A DNA stretch of 64,000 nucleotides from Octopus sinensis (taxonomy: Eukaryota): contig NC_043009.1 of assembly GCF_006345805.1 (NCBI RefSeq), positions 45,942,001 through 46,006,000 of the forward strand. The letters are read 5' to 3'. A model generated the notes under the pieces. It did no database searches, was not told the origin of the DNA, and saw only the letters and a list, made by a program, of their open reading frames with translations. How positions within the stretch are numbered: the stretch's first letter is position 1; every line of letters starts with the position of its first letter. The position numbers and the translations under genes were made by a program. Below are positions 13,153-25,600 of the stretch, piece by piece.

Positions 13153-15119
13153 GTTATAATGTCAGACAAATTGCTATGCATTATTTGTTCCGACTCGTTG
13201 CATTCTGATTTCAAATCCCGCTGGGGTCAATTTTGCCCTTCATTCTTCCGAGGTCGATCAAATAAAAACCTAGCTAGCTCGATATTATCGTTTTAGCTAC
13301 TCCGCTCACAGGATACTAGCCTAGATTAGAGGGGATTACACAGAAAGTATAATGAACAGTGTTAATAAATAATGCATACTTTGAAGCGAAAGGTGTATTT
13401 TGTTTAAGTGACAGTTTATTAAGAGTGCAATCAAGTTTTATATACTTTTAATATTGTTATTTTTTAATACACCAGTGAAAGACATGTTGATGCGTACAAA
13501 TATGTTGATTCCTTTTTTTGTTTTAATAGTTTACCAGTCGATGAGAATTATGTGCATACGCTTCTAGCTCACTATTTATCCATAAACCAACCAATCAACC
13601 TACCTACCTACCTTCCTTCTTACCTACCTACCTACCTTCCTACCTACCTACCTGCCAATCGACTTATCTCTTTATTTGTACGAAGCTATGCCTTTGTCTT
13701 CGTTTTTTGTTCTTCCAAACATATTTGTTATTGTAAGTTGTGGAATGTAAGTGCATACATACTTGTAGCTGGATCAATTAGCTTATACTTTGTTGTATCG
13801 ATCACTACCATCAATCGACCAATCAGTTGGTCGATGCGTGTTTTGTAGTTTACATTAAGAAGAGATTTTCATATTGTTGAAACTTTGCTGTTTTTCTGAT
13901 TTGAACAGCTAAATCGATGACAAGTGGCAAAGAACCATGTCTAAATCTGCTTCTCCAACGATCGGCTCTAGAATGTACTTAGGAAGGCAGAGCGATAAAT
14001 ATATGTCACTTCTTGACAATAACTCAATTACTGCTGTCATTAGCATTCTTATCGTAGTTATTAACAAACTTTGCATCGCGACTCTTGTCATAAAACAGGC
14101 AGAAAATAAAACCTGCGAACGTGATGGTATAACGGTCTTTATTGGCAAAGTTTAAAGACTTTATTTCGGGAGTTTAGATATGATTTTTTGCTGGGCTGCG
14201 AGAGATATTTGGAGTTGCAGAACTGACTCTTCGTCCAAGAGAAACAGAGGTAAATTCAGATGTTTTACGAAATCTTAACACAAGAATTACATTGCTCTAA
14301 ATAAAATATAGCGAATTGGTAGGGTTGTTAGAGCGTCGGAAAAAAACGACTTGGGGTATTTATTGCAACACTTGGAGGTCAAATATCACAGAAGTCAACT
14401 TCGACTTTTATTCTTTCGGGATCGATAAAAAGTATCAGTCCAAGGCAGCAGATTAGGGAAATGTAAGTACTTCGAATTTGATGCCTTATGATGAGTTTTT
14501 ACGTTCTGAGTTCAAATTGCACCATGCCTTTATGGGTAATAAACTTAATACGTCTTTCGGTTTAACACTACCACGGGACATATTGAGTACCTTCAGCGAA
14601 GTCTGCTCTGTTGTAAGCATTCGGACTAAGCCCGTGATATGAAAATAACATTCTCACTATCTCACATAAATCTCGGAAACCTTGTATAGAGTCATGATAC
14701 TGGCTCTTTCAAAATGATTTTTTATAAAACCGTTGTTGCTGAACCAAAAGAGCTATGAATTAAATAATATGTAAGCCTGTCCGTTACTCCCGAAGGCTTG
14801 TGTGGTGTCTTGTACTTATAGAATGTTCCAGGTCAATAGTTCGTTTTTAAATAATTTATCTATGTGTATATTTATTTGAAGTCCTCTACGTGATTCTGTT
14901 GGACTCATAAATAGATTAATGGCACTAAATGTGGTAGAATAACCGGAAAATATAGTTCAAATTAGATAAGGAAAGAAAATACAAAGTTGATTTGTAGAGA
15001 AATAAACGTGACGGATCTAGGGAAATTATACGTGTGGGTATGCATGTGCGGCGTGTGTGTGTTTGTATGTACATGCATGTATATGTGTGTGTTTGTATGT
15101 ATGTACATGTATGTATATG

Positions 15120-15300
<181 letters not shown>

Positions 15301-16394
15301 ACAATACGAATCGTATAAAATATTATGTAGATTTTACTGCTTTTCCTGCAGAAAATTTTTTCTTCTTCCACCTCTGCTGATGCTGCTTCTGATGATGTTG
15401 GAGAGATAATAGTATTGGGATATATAAAGGGGTTAGAATATTCAGAAATGTTTAGTAGAACAGCTTGATTTAGCAGAAGTAGAGCCGATAAACATGTCAA
15501 GCCTGATAGATATAGCAATTATAATGAAGTGTATCAGTACATCTCGAACAATTTCATGTCTACGTAGGGCAAAGGGAGTTAATGAAGGCGATGGTGAGGA
15601 AACGACTTTTATTTGGTGGCCGTGTATTATTATCATTTAAGTGTAACAATAAGTGTAACAATAGGTAACAATAAGAAGTTTGTCCAAACTAATGTTGTAC
15701 TTTAGCATTAGTATATTAAACACACACATACATACACGTATGTGTGTGTGCATGTGTGCTCGTGCCTGTGTGTGTTGTGTGTGTTTAGTAACGGTACCTA
15801 AGGCACAATGAAAGAACTAGAGAGCGTGTATGAAAAGAAACAAATTACTGTACTGCATTAGAATTGATACGTTAAATTATCTCAAATATATTAAAGTGTT
15901 ATTAACATAAATTTATTAGCTATATTCTATTAATCATTGTACCATGCCGCAAAATCGGGGTGCAGTAGAACATTGATATATTCCTTATACTGGAATTAAA
16001 ATACACCAGATTTTGGTTTTAGTAGGTAATTACAGTTCGTCTTTCCTTAACAAACTAGCTCCTGTGCTGATAATAATAATTAATACATCAAAATGTATTA
16101 CTTTATAGGATGGTAATTCTCTGATTTGCCATAGGGCTGCCAGGAACTTAAGTCTCATAATTTACCTCAATTAAGACTCTTTCGTTTCGCTCATGTGCAA
16201 AGAGGTTGAAGATACGAATTGAGCAGTTCACATTATATTATAGATACTTCTTATTACTGTGCACTGAAACAATTCCATGTGAAGGTCTATTCGGTAAACA
16301 GTGAAGCAGATATAGTATATCGTCTATCTGTTAGTCTTTACAAAGAAGACCAATTCCATTGTCCTAATAAAGCTTAATAAGTATTGATTAGCTA

Positions 16395-16702
16395 CCGTTG
16401 ACACTGGTTTACGCTTATTGTACGATCTCCATTTACTGCATTAATATTTTTCGCACTTTCCGTTGCTTTGCTGCCTTTATTAAACTCATAAAGCAAAATA
16501 TGCCAAATATGCCACTTGGTAACTTCCATCATAACTTTGAAAAAAATAACTTTTAAAATTGAACTGCACTCTTCAAAACTTGCACTAAGAATAAACACAA
16601 GATAAAATTATTACCTGCTTTTATAGCAAGTTTTTGCAGGTATTTTATCCCGTCCCCTTCCGACTTTTATTTCATGCAACTGAAAAAACTGCATTATTTA
16701 TG
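16395..16702 (-). pseudogene. Mariner 5' fragment (transposase N-terminal HTH)
   Basis: MEVTKWHIWHILLYEFNKGSKATESAKNINAVNGDRTISVNQCQR, similar to the N-terminus of the 52.7-53.8 kb transposase. Confidence 0.8.
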
Positions 16703-18417
16703 GTTAAGCTATCTAATTATGCTATATAGTGGCTGATCCCAGCTCATAAATTTTCTTGTCGTTTCAGTATCTTTTATGTTGCAAAGTTTTGGCTTATTTC
16801 AATCACAGCCTTTTTCCTGCTTACATGCAAAGAACTGTACTTCCTTACAATTCTCACTGTATTTTATAAGAAGTAAATTTTAAGTTTACAAACGTTGTGT
16901 TTCGTCTTGGTTCCTTTCGTCTTTGTCGTATACGACTCATGAAAATTCGAAAGAAATAAGATGAAGTGCATAGCGTGTCAATAATAGATGAATGATACTG
17001 ATTTAACATCGTGTTAAACGTCATATTGTTTGAAGAAACTCGTAATGTTTTTAGAATAACGATTGGGGTTTATATCTGAATATTTCTAAAGAAAAAAGCT
17101 GTTAATATTCATCAGGGTTTCAAAGGTTTTCAGTTTTCTGTTGTAATATATCATAGGCTGAGCTTCGTAATGTTTTCTGATACAACACATTATAGGCTAG
17201 AATCATATATAGACCTGGAAGCTAATTTACTGCTGATGAAGTATCGCTATAAAGCGTTTACTGAATGTGCTTTGGTATTTTGCTAATTAAAATTCACAAT
17301 ACTTTGTTATAGAGGTTAGAGTAGGTACGGGAAGTTGCAATATACAGAGAAAAATATGTTCAACCATGAATTTTGCCTGTCGTTAATGTATCAACATTTG
17401 AATAGGATTTCGGAAGTGTTAAAAACATTTCGTAAAATATTAAATTGCAATACAGTTATTTCAAACCAGTATTTAATTATGGTTGTGTTTTGAAGACGAG
17501 TATTTAGCGTAATTAGATAGCTTAACCACATATGCCAGATAATTATAAATTTATTTAGTTTAGATTGCTATAAAAACATGTTTCATGTAAAAGTGATTTA
17601 GGATTTTGGATCCTAAATGACTTCAGTGTTATTTTTAATAATCTCAATGTGTGATGTTTATGAACGGAACAAATAATTAATAATTCCTCGCAGATGATTA
17701 ATTATAAATATCTTTCACATATTCCTTCCTAAAGACCGATGTTCCTAACGTGTAATTAAAAAACAAGAAATGGCAAGCATCCTTCTTTACCATTACTAAT
17801 ATCAATGTTTTCAATTTTATTTGCCATGTTACTGATGTTGTAAACATGCTGCCATCGTCTTTGTTTATAGTAGCTTCTGAAGTATCAAACATCATTGAAA
17901 CAAAATCAGTTTTAACGATATTCAATTAATGAGGTGGAAACAATCAAAATGAACATCATAAACGATAACCAGACTTAAATTACTGATTTAAGGTGTTCTG
18001 TCGTCCATGAAACCGCTATGAGCTGTCTCATGGCTGGAATTAATTCTAAAATACTTCTTGCAACATCAAACATGCAACATCAAACATGCATCAAACAACT
18101 AGTTTCTTTTTTATTGGCAGCAGTTACGCAGCAACTTAAAGTTTTAAAATATAACTAAGTTTCCACGGTTACCAATCACTGATAGCCTCCGTATTCGACC
18201 AAATTATTGACTGAAATTATAATGCCAATTTGATTTATCTTATGTTTCATTTTTAATAAACATATTTATTTCTTCAAATATATAATAAACTTTCTTATAC
18301 TTGTCTCTTATTCTTTAATTTCCCTACTTGCTATCGTTTTATGTCTTTTTAAATGCAACCAGTATCTACCGAATGTGATTTTGCTATGTATTCATTTATT
18401 TACAAATATATTTACAG

Positions 18418-18568
18418 AGACGGCAAGTTAGACGCATATCTCGGAGATTATCCTATATTGGATTATGCACGCGCGAAACTAGATCCAAATTGTCAACTAA
18501 AACTTGTCGGGCAGACATATGGGGAAGATGGTTACGGAATAGGGCTACCAAAAAATTCCACTATACGT
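18418..18568 (+). CDS. Internal exon of an NMDA-type ionotropic glutamate receptor (GluN3/GluN1-like), S2 ligand-binding segment
   Basis: Acceptor tttacAG|A (AG 18416-17) and donor CGT|GTGAGT (18569). Encodes (x)DGKLDAYLGDYPILDYARAKLDPNCQLKLVGQTYGEDGYGIGLPKNSTIR. This aligns with GluN3A LDAFIMDKALLDY...[23 protein letters not shown] and GluN1 DNKLHAFIWD...GFGIG. Starts phase 2, ends phase 0. Confidence 0.93.
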
Positions 18569-18634
18569 GTGAGTATTTCTATAATAATTGCAACTAAATT
18601 CTACCCGATGCAAAGTACAATAATAATAATAATA

Positions 18635-18683
<49 letters not shown>

Positions 18684-18708
18684 GATGATATTATTAATAA
18701 TAATAAAA

Positions 18709-18850
18709 ATCCTTTCTATTACAGGCATAAAGCCTGAAATTTTGGGGAAGGGAGCCAGTCGGTTAGATCGACCCCAGTACTCTAGTCCTTCATTTATCGA
18801 CCCTGAAAGGATGAAAGGCAAAGTCGGTCTCCGCGGAATTTGAACTCAGA
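18709..18850 (-). mobile_element. SINE family C-related fragment inside (AAT)n
   Basis: Reverse complement of the family C core (atcgaccctgaaaggatgaaaggcaaagtc...gaatttgaactcaga). Lies 140 bp after the iGluR donor. Confidence 0.85.
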
Positions 18851-18859
18851 ATAATAATA

Positions 18860-18904
<45 letters not shown>

Positions 18905-18925
18905 TGATGATAATAATCGTTTCTT

Positions 18926-18959
<34 letters not shown>

Positions 18960-18960
<1 letters not shown>

Positions 18961-19118
18961 AGGAGAGCATCATAGTCAAGTATCGAGACAAGTTCTTTGG
19001 GTTTTAAATAACTGACGTCTGGAAACATGGGTATTTCGTTTAACATCCTTAAACAACCCTTATTCAGGGACCTTTTGAACGGGATGGGCTACTCGACCCG
19101 AAGAAAATTCTAATTGTG
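18960..19118 (+). mobile_element. Partial copy of the (AAT)n-tailed repeat seen at 21741-22080
   Basis: Shares gtctggaaacatgggt...aacatccttaaacaacccttattcagggaccttttga. Confidence 0.8.
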
Positions 19119-19166
19119 CCGAACAACAACAACAACAACAACAACAGCAGCGGCAGTAGCTGCAGC

Positions 19167-19525
19167 AGCACTCAGAGAAGGCAAACCTCCGCCAAGGCAA
19201 CACCAAAGCCCTCTCAACGATTAACCAGAGATGATTTTTAAAACGAGATTATCTGAAATAAACTTGACTGCTTTTACAAGCGAGAATACTAAAAATTAAC
19301 CCAACCGCTCTCAAAAATTACGTTTAAAAAATTGGCAAAAATAATCCAGAATCTTTGTGCGGTACCTGATCGATCCCAATAGTAGTCATGGAATATGAAG
19401 GTGACTGTAGAAAATTAAATAGTTTATGTATTGAATAGTTTATCCTTATCGAGAGTCAACATAGAGTCAACAAGCCAGAGTTAACAAATTCACCATTCAA
19501 AATAGTTTCAAAGGCGGAGGTAATA
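19167..19525 (+). mobile_element. Helentron/HINE-like non-autonomous element, copy 1
   Basis: 5' agcactcagagaaggcaaacctccgccaagg and 3' aaggcggaggtaataa, giving the subterminal IR acctccgcc. Confidence 0.55.
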
Positions 19526-19697
19526 ATTAATAAGTTCTACTCCGGAATTTTTAAATGAATACCACGAGACCTTTTGATTTTCTCTTCTCTTAAATTCTGG
19601 CTTTCCTTTAGTATTCCTTTTGTTTTTTATCAATGTATAGACGTATGTATATATGTTAGTATATTGTAAAGTGTTAATATGTACGTATAATATATAA

Positions 19698-20173
19698 TCT
19701 ATATCTATATATATAAAACTGTAGTTGTGTGAGTGTCTGTCTCCTACGATTTAGATTCCTAACTCCTCCCACATTTTGCGGTGCAGTTTAACCAAATTCG
19801 GGTATCCTATAGTCGTGATTAATATCGAGCCCGTCTGGCTATTAGCGCGCGTCTACGATGAGACTACGATTTAAAAAATAATTTAACATCATTTTTTATT
19901 CCATTTTAATGCATATTTTTCGATGGCGGCGGAGTTGGCGTCCACGCTCAAACACCTGCACCTGTGTTTGCTTCTCCCCCTTCTTCCCTCCCTCGTTAAG
20001 CTGTGGGGAAGGGAGTTTAAGGAAATCAACGTCGTAATGCGTTGTCAAGAAGACACCAAAACAGAAATGGCTAAGAAAGCCCGAATTGGCATCTATAAGG
20101 GAAGTAACTCTCTAAAAATGCTTATATAGTTATTTCCCTTACAAACCCGAGCAACGCCGGGCGATACTGCTAG
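19698..20173 (+). mobile_element. Complete non-autonomous Helitron
   Basis: 5' A|TC(tatat). GC hairpin cccgagcaacgccggg at 20146-61, then CTAG|T at 20170-73. No TSD. Confidence 0.88.
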
Positions 20174-20384
20174 TATATTATAAAAATGTTAGTGCTATTT
20201 AATTTCTAAACGGTTTTGCTGCCGTTTGTTCATGAAGTTTGATTTCTTTATCCATCAGTTTCTACGTAAGTAAAACTAATAATAAAGAAACGTAAATAAA
20301 GTTTTGGAAACAACCTAAAGGGAAAGAATTGAGAACGACTTGAAAGTCAACGTAATGTCGTAATCATGTAAAGTAAATATAACA

Positions 20385-20568
20385 AATAACCCAGAATCCT
20401 TGTCCGGTATCGGATCGATCTCAAAATCTAATCAATTCGTGCTAGTCACGGGGCCAACCATCCCTGAAAATGTCATCCGAGTCCATTCAACGGTTCTTGA
20501 GATATCTTGCCCACGGACAAACAAACACGACTGAAAACAATACCTCCGCCTTCGCTAAGGCGGGGGTA
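20385..20568 (+). mobile_element. Helentron/HINE-like element, 3' part (copy 2)
   Basis: Terminal hairpin tacctccgcctt-cgct-aaggcgggggta. Shares about 40 bp (ccagaatc...gatcgatc) with 19340-19378. Confidence 0.6.
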
Positions 20569-20587
20569 ATAATAATAATATTTTAAA

Positions 20588-20765
20588 ATTTTGCCACAAG
20601 ACAGCTCTTATGGGGGTGGGGGTGGGGCGTTGAGTCAATTACAACGACCCCAGTGTCTCACTGGTACTTAACTTATCGACCCCGAAAGGATGAAAGAAAA
20701 AGTTGATCTCGTCGGAATTTGCCATGTAACGCCCGGCGTGCTAACGATTCTACCAGCACACCGCA
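20588..20765 (-). mobile_element. SINE family C-related copy
   Basis: ttatcgaccccgaaaggatgaaag...cgcccggcgtgctaacgattctaccagc. Confidence 0.8.
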
Positions 20766-20940
20766 TTAATTAATAGATGATAATAATAATAATAATAATA
20801 ATAATAAAATATAGAAATTGAAAAATATAAGTGCGGGAATCCTGCATTCATCATCAGTCTTGAATATTGAACTTGAAAAAGACAAGCGGGTTGTCGAAAT
20901 TCCGTTCAAACCAGTAAACACTATGAGAATCGCTTCACGC

Positions 20941-21078
20941 TCTTCTTCTTCTTCTTCTTCTTCTTCTTCTCTTCTTCTCTTCTCCTCCTCCTCCTCTTCC
21001 TCCTCCTCCTCCTCCTCCTCCTCTTCCTCCTCCTCCTCCACATCCTCCTTCTTCTTCTCCTCCACCTAATTCTTCTTC

Positions 21079-21122
<44 letters not shown>
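20941..21122. repeat. (TCT)n/(TCC)n/(AAT)n compound microsatellite
   Basis: Direct reading. Confidence 0.95.
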
Positions 21123-21314
21123 CACTTTCACTTCACTTTGACCGACCAGTCCGTCAGGCGTCCATTTGACACCGCTGGTCACAGCACGCTGTCCACTCCT
21201 CTCTGGATCACGCCTTTCTCATCCACGTGATCCCAATCGTCCTCTTGAAATCGTCACTCCACTGTCGTGGAGGTCTTCCGGGTGGTCTTTTCCGCTCACG
21301 CGGGTACCACTCGA
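21122..21314 (-). mobile_element. 3' end of an RTE-clade LINE
   Basis: Minus frame EWYPRERKRPPGRPPRQWSDDFKRTIGITWMRKA*SREEW, followed by a short (aagtg)n tail. Confidence 0.75.
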
Positions 21315-21640
21315 TTAATTGAGTACCAGTTACGCACTGGGGTCGATGTAATCGACTTAATCCCTTTGTCTGTCCTTGTTTGTCCCCTATGTTTTTATCC
21401 CCTTGTGGGTAGTAGAGAAAGAAAAATTATTATTATTATTATCTCAAATTTTGTCACAGTGCAAGCAATTTTGGGTGAAGGGGAAGTCAATTACATCAAT
21501 CTCAGTGCTCAACTAATACTTATCGACCCCGAAAGGATTGGAAGCAAATTCAACCTCGGCGGAATTTGAACTTAGAACGTAAAGGCAGATGAAATTCAGC
21601 TACGCATTTTGCCCGGAGTACTAAAGATTCTACCAGCTTA
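21312..21640. mobile_element. Two adjacent SINE C pieces in opposite orientation (21312-21421 +, 21445-21640 -)
   Basis: gtaccagttacgcactggggtcgat on +; atcgaccccgaaagg...ggaatttgaac belongs to the minus copy. Confidence 0.8.
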
Positions 21641-21684
21641 CTACTACTACTACTACTACTAATACTACTACTACTACTACTACC

Positions 21685-21727
<43 letters not shown>

Positions 21728-21740
21728 TAATAATAAGTAG

Positions 21741-22080
21741 TGGGGGAGCATCATTGCCATGTTTTGAAAGGGATTCTTTGGGGTTTGAATAATTCACGTC
21801 TGGAAACATGGGTGTTTCGTTCAACATCCTTAAACAACCCTTATTCAGGGACCTTTTGAGCGTGATGAGTTTCTCGACCAGATGAAAATTCTAACTGGGC
21901 CCCACCTGCAAGGTCATGTGCTGTTTATCTTGATATATATGAGATCACCATGTCGCTCACATACGGTTGTGATGTATGTGCCTAGTGTACCCTTCTCAGA
22001 CGGGTAGTCATGATGGGTATACTGGGCTTCGTATATTTTATCCCAGTATCACTTTGATGGATTGCACTGCTCTCTCACTC
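21741..22080 (+). mobile_element. Retroposon-like repeat ending ctctctcactc-(AAT)n
   Basis: Flanked by (AAT)n on both sides. The same 3' end followed by aat recurs at 51654-51704. Confidence 0.7.
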
Positions 22081-22992
22081 AATAATAATAACAATAATAA
22101 TAATAATAATAATGATAATAATAATAATAATCGTTTCTTCATTAAAGATGAGGATCCGAAGAGACAATAAAATACGATGATTATTCCAGATTCGAATTTC
22201 GTGATATACTCACTGTTATATTGGATATGTAAAACAACTGTGATGCTCCAAAGAAATTTTTAATTAATTTTTTGTCATCAGTTCACTCATTGACACAGCG
22301 AACGCCATTTGGATTTCCATGGTAATTCAATAAATGCTTGTCAGAATATGATGAATGAAATTCTTTTCTGTTGACCAATCAATGACAAAAACATTGAAAT
22401 TATTTCACTTCTTAGTCTCCTCATTACATTTAAATGCAGAGAAAAACATTGTGTATTTCAAATCTTTCAAATATATTGAATTAAGAGATTAACTTCAGAA
22501 GCTCTTTCTTAGCGAAATAATCATTGAAAACATGACAACTTATATAATTTTACATCAGTGAACTTTAATCTGAAATAGCTTCTATATTCGTGATGTCTTC
22601 CTGCATTAAAATATTATCAAGAAATCAAATTACAAAGGTTGATCTTTGCTTCCATCTTAAAGGTCAACTGGTAAAATTCCGAACGACAGACATAAGTTAA
22701 TTTTTCATATTTGCAGAAAAAAATTACAATACAAACCTAGAAATAAAAATTAATCAAAATCAAAATAGCGGGAACAAAAATCATTGATGAACAAAAGCAG
22801 GGAATAAAACCATGAAAGAAGTAAATGAAATTACATTTAAGCAGTAGTGTGTATGATGTTTACAATTCAGGGCCGACAATAGATGTGCTTCGGTTTTATC
22901 AATGTTTCTTAATTAGAACGCCTTTTGTAATTATATAGCTCCTTCTCTCTCTAAAATGCCATTAACGCCATTTTTATTTATTTAACAACTAG

Positions 22993-23283
22993 ATTCCTTT
23001 ATCTGAAAAAATTTTGGACTATCACCAAAGTGGCTTCATTGAAGATTTGATAGAGGTGCACTTTGCAGACGCCCAGTGCTATCAACAACGTATGACACAA
23101 GAGGAATCACAGCTCGAAGTACAACATCATGCTGGACTTTTTGTTCTTCTTACTGTCGGTATTTTATTGGGAATTATTGTATTGTTGCTGGAACACGCCG
23201 CATTTAAGGTTCTTGTTCCTTATTTTCGAGCAACGCCTGGAAACAGCTGTTGGCGGAGTTCACACGTAATGTTCCTCAGTCAG
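22993..23283 (+). CDS. Next exon of the same iGluR: end of S2, pre-M4 linker, M4 helix, proximal C-tail
   Basis: Acceptor ctAG|ATT and donor CAG|GTAAAT. Length 291 nt, phase 0/0, in frame with the previous exon. Encodes IPLSEKILDYHQSGFIEDLIEVHFADAQCYQQRMTQEESQLEVQHHAGLFVLLTVGILLGIIVLLLEHAAFKVLVPYFRATPGNSCWRSSHVMFLSQ, compared with GluN1 SILKSHENGFMEDL...C...[23 protein letters not shown]. Confidence 0.94.
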
Positions 23284-23937
23284 GTAAATATACGAATTAA
23301 TTTTTATTTACTTTACATCTACATTTTACTAACTTTATTTCCGTGCTAAAATGGTTTTGTATAGTCTTACACACACACGCACACATACATATACACGCGT
23401 ATACACACATACATACGCGCACACGGATATATATATTACGTTCAAAGAAAATTGATGCAAGCACTGTACAATGTAATGTGACAGCGAACGATTTTGATTT
23501 AAATAATAATCAGAACGCACATTTCCTGGTAAGAATGCGCATGCACATCATGGCAAAAATAAACTAAGAAAAATATATCACAGTGCCTAGTGGCGTGTAT
23601 TTGAACAAGAGATAGGTAATATTAAATACCATACAGCATGAATTGACCATGATAATAAATAAATTGATTATTCTATGTATGTATTCTCCATTTTCTTTAT
23701 ATTGTTAACATTTTTTCACCAATATCGAAAACTATGGAAATCTCTATAGCGGCAACTGGATTTTCAGAAGCGCAAGGTACTAATATCGAAGAAGAACCAA
23801 GAATAAACACTAGTACATATACACATATAGACTTACCAATATTATTAATCGATATAGAGCTAAACTGGTGTACGCTTCGATAAAATTTATCCCTAGGAAA
23901 GAACAACCTCTTTACATACAGACTTTATATATATATG

Positions 23938-24010
<73 letters not shown>

Positions 24011-25600
24011 GGGAGAGAGAGATAGTACCATAGTACCCTTATGATAACTTCTAGAAATAATATTGAATACTTCTGATTATCCTGCTTCGATACTTGACAC
24101 TGAGAGGCGAGTTTGTACTAGTTTGGTTCACCATGAGTGCTACGTACGACTGAATAAACGCCTTTGCAATTTAAAAAACAAAGATCTTATGCGTCGTTTA
24201 GAAAATCAGTTTTTAAGGAAGAATGTAGTATATCAATGAATGGAAATTGTTAGGGATCGTATTTATCATTACATATGTTCTACTAAAATTTGGAAATCTA
24301 GATTACATAAACATTCTTCTTCATTTAAGTTTAGGAGAAAACAAAATTCTTCGAATCTTAGTAAGTGCATTTAGGATTTGAAAGACTGGAATTTTACGAT
24401 ATACTGTCCTTCATTATCAGTTACGCTTTATCATGTAATATTGATAACTTTAGAAGTGAGAAAATTATTATATACTTATATCAAAATTAAAACTATTGAA
24501 TTGCAGAACCAGTCTTACGTTGAAAACTCCCATAAATATAGAAAAACATTTAAATATTTGAATAATATATAACACCTTCATTATAACTGCATTTCTTGTA
24601 ATCTAATAAGCATAACATTTCTTAAACATCGATGCGCGAAGTGCATCTCACTAACGTGCGTTCGTGACATGGTTATGATCTGTAAACAGTTTTGAGTAGG
24701 AGCCGGAAAGAGAAATATGAACACGCAATGCACATGTGCACATTTAAGGATATATTGGTTTGACTGGTATTTTTACCTTTTCAATATCTAAGTATGCTGA
24801 TACAATAGAAACAATCGTCAGTCTTGTATGGTGTAATCATCAGATAAAGATGCGATATTCCTCATTCTTGTTGATGTTGTTATATACTCCGGATTCCTTG
24901 AAATCTTGGATTCACTTATACATGAGGATGGTTGTTAATTATATTTGCATTTATTGGTATCTGATAGTTTGATGTAATTAATCAAGTTTGCTTAACCACT
25001 GAGTGCTTTCTAAATATCTTGGTATATGAAAGTATTTTTGCCTATGTACGTATATATTCTTAATCCATTTCTTTCTTTACTTATTCAAGTAACATACTCT
25101 GACTTTGAAAATATCTGAGTTATTTAGCCTGATATAATTTACGCAGATTTTCATATTCAGTACTGTATTGTTGTCTATTTACCATTCATTGCTCACCGCT
25201 CGGTAATCATGTAGCTCTTCAGACTAATAATGAATATCGATGCAGCCAAAAGTTGTTTTCCTACATAAACATTCGCTCACACGCTCACTGAAACACACAC
25301 ACGCATGTACGGACGCAAGGACACACACACACGCACTCACACACATAGTCACACTCACACAACATTTATTTTTATTCGAAACTAAGTTTGTATGAGTCAC
25401 TATTCAGAGTGCAGCTTTCAGGCAAATGGCAATGTATATTGAAGGATTGATTTAATATATACTGATCGGTTTAATCTCATTAGGTAACAAGTAATTCAAC
25501 ATAGCGACGATCACCGTTACACCGATATATACAGGCTGCAATGTTTGAAAATAGAACATAGATATTAGAGTTTTCTAATAATGTTTACAGTTTTCTATAG

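Noticed and set aside
13909-14250. Possible upstream iGluR exon (acceptor at 13908, donor near 14250)
   Set aside because: All three frames contain stops and none has M3 or S2 motifs.
18353-18640. ORF-track boundaries for the iGluR ORFs (18353-18640 and 23014-23349)
   Set aside because: Their ends run into intron sequence; the splice-site-defined exons are used instead.
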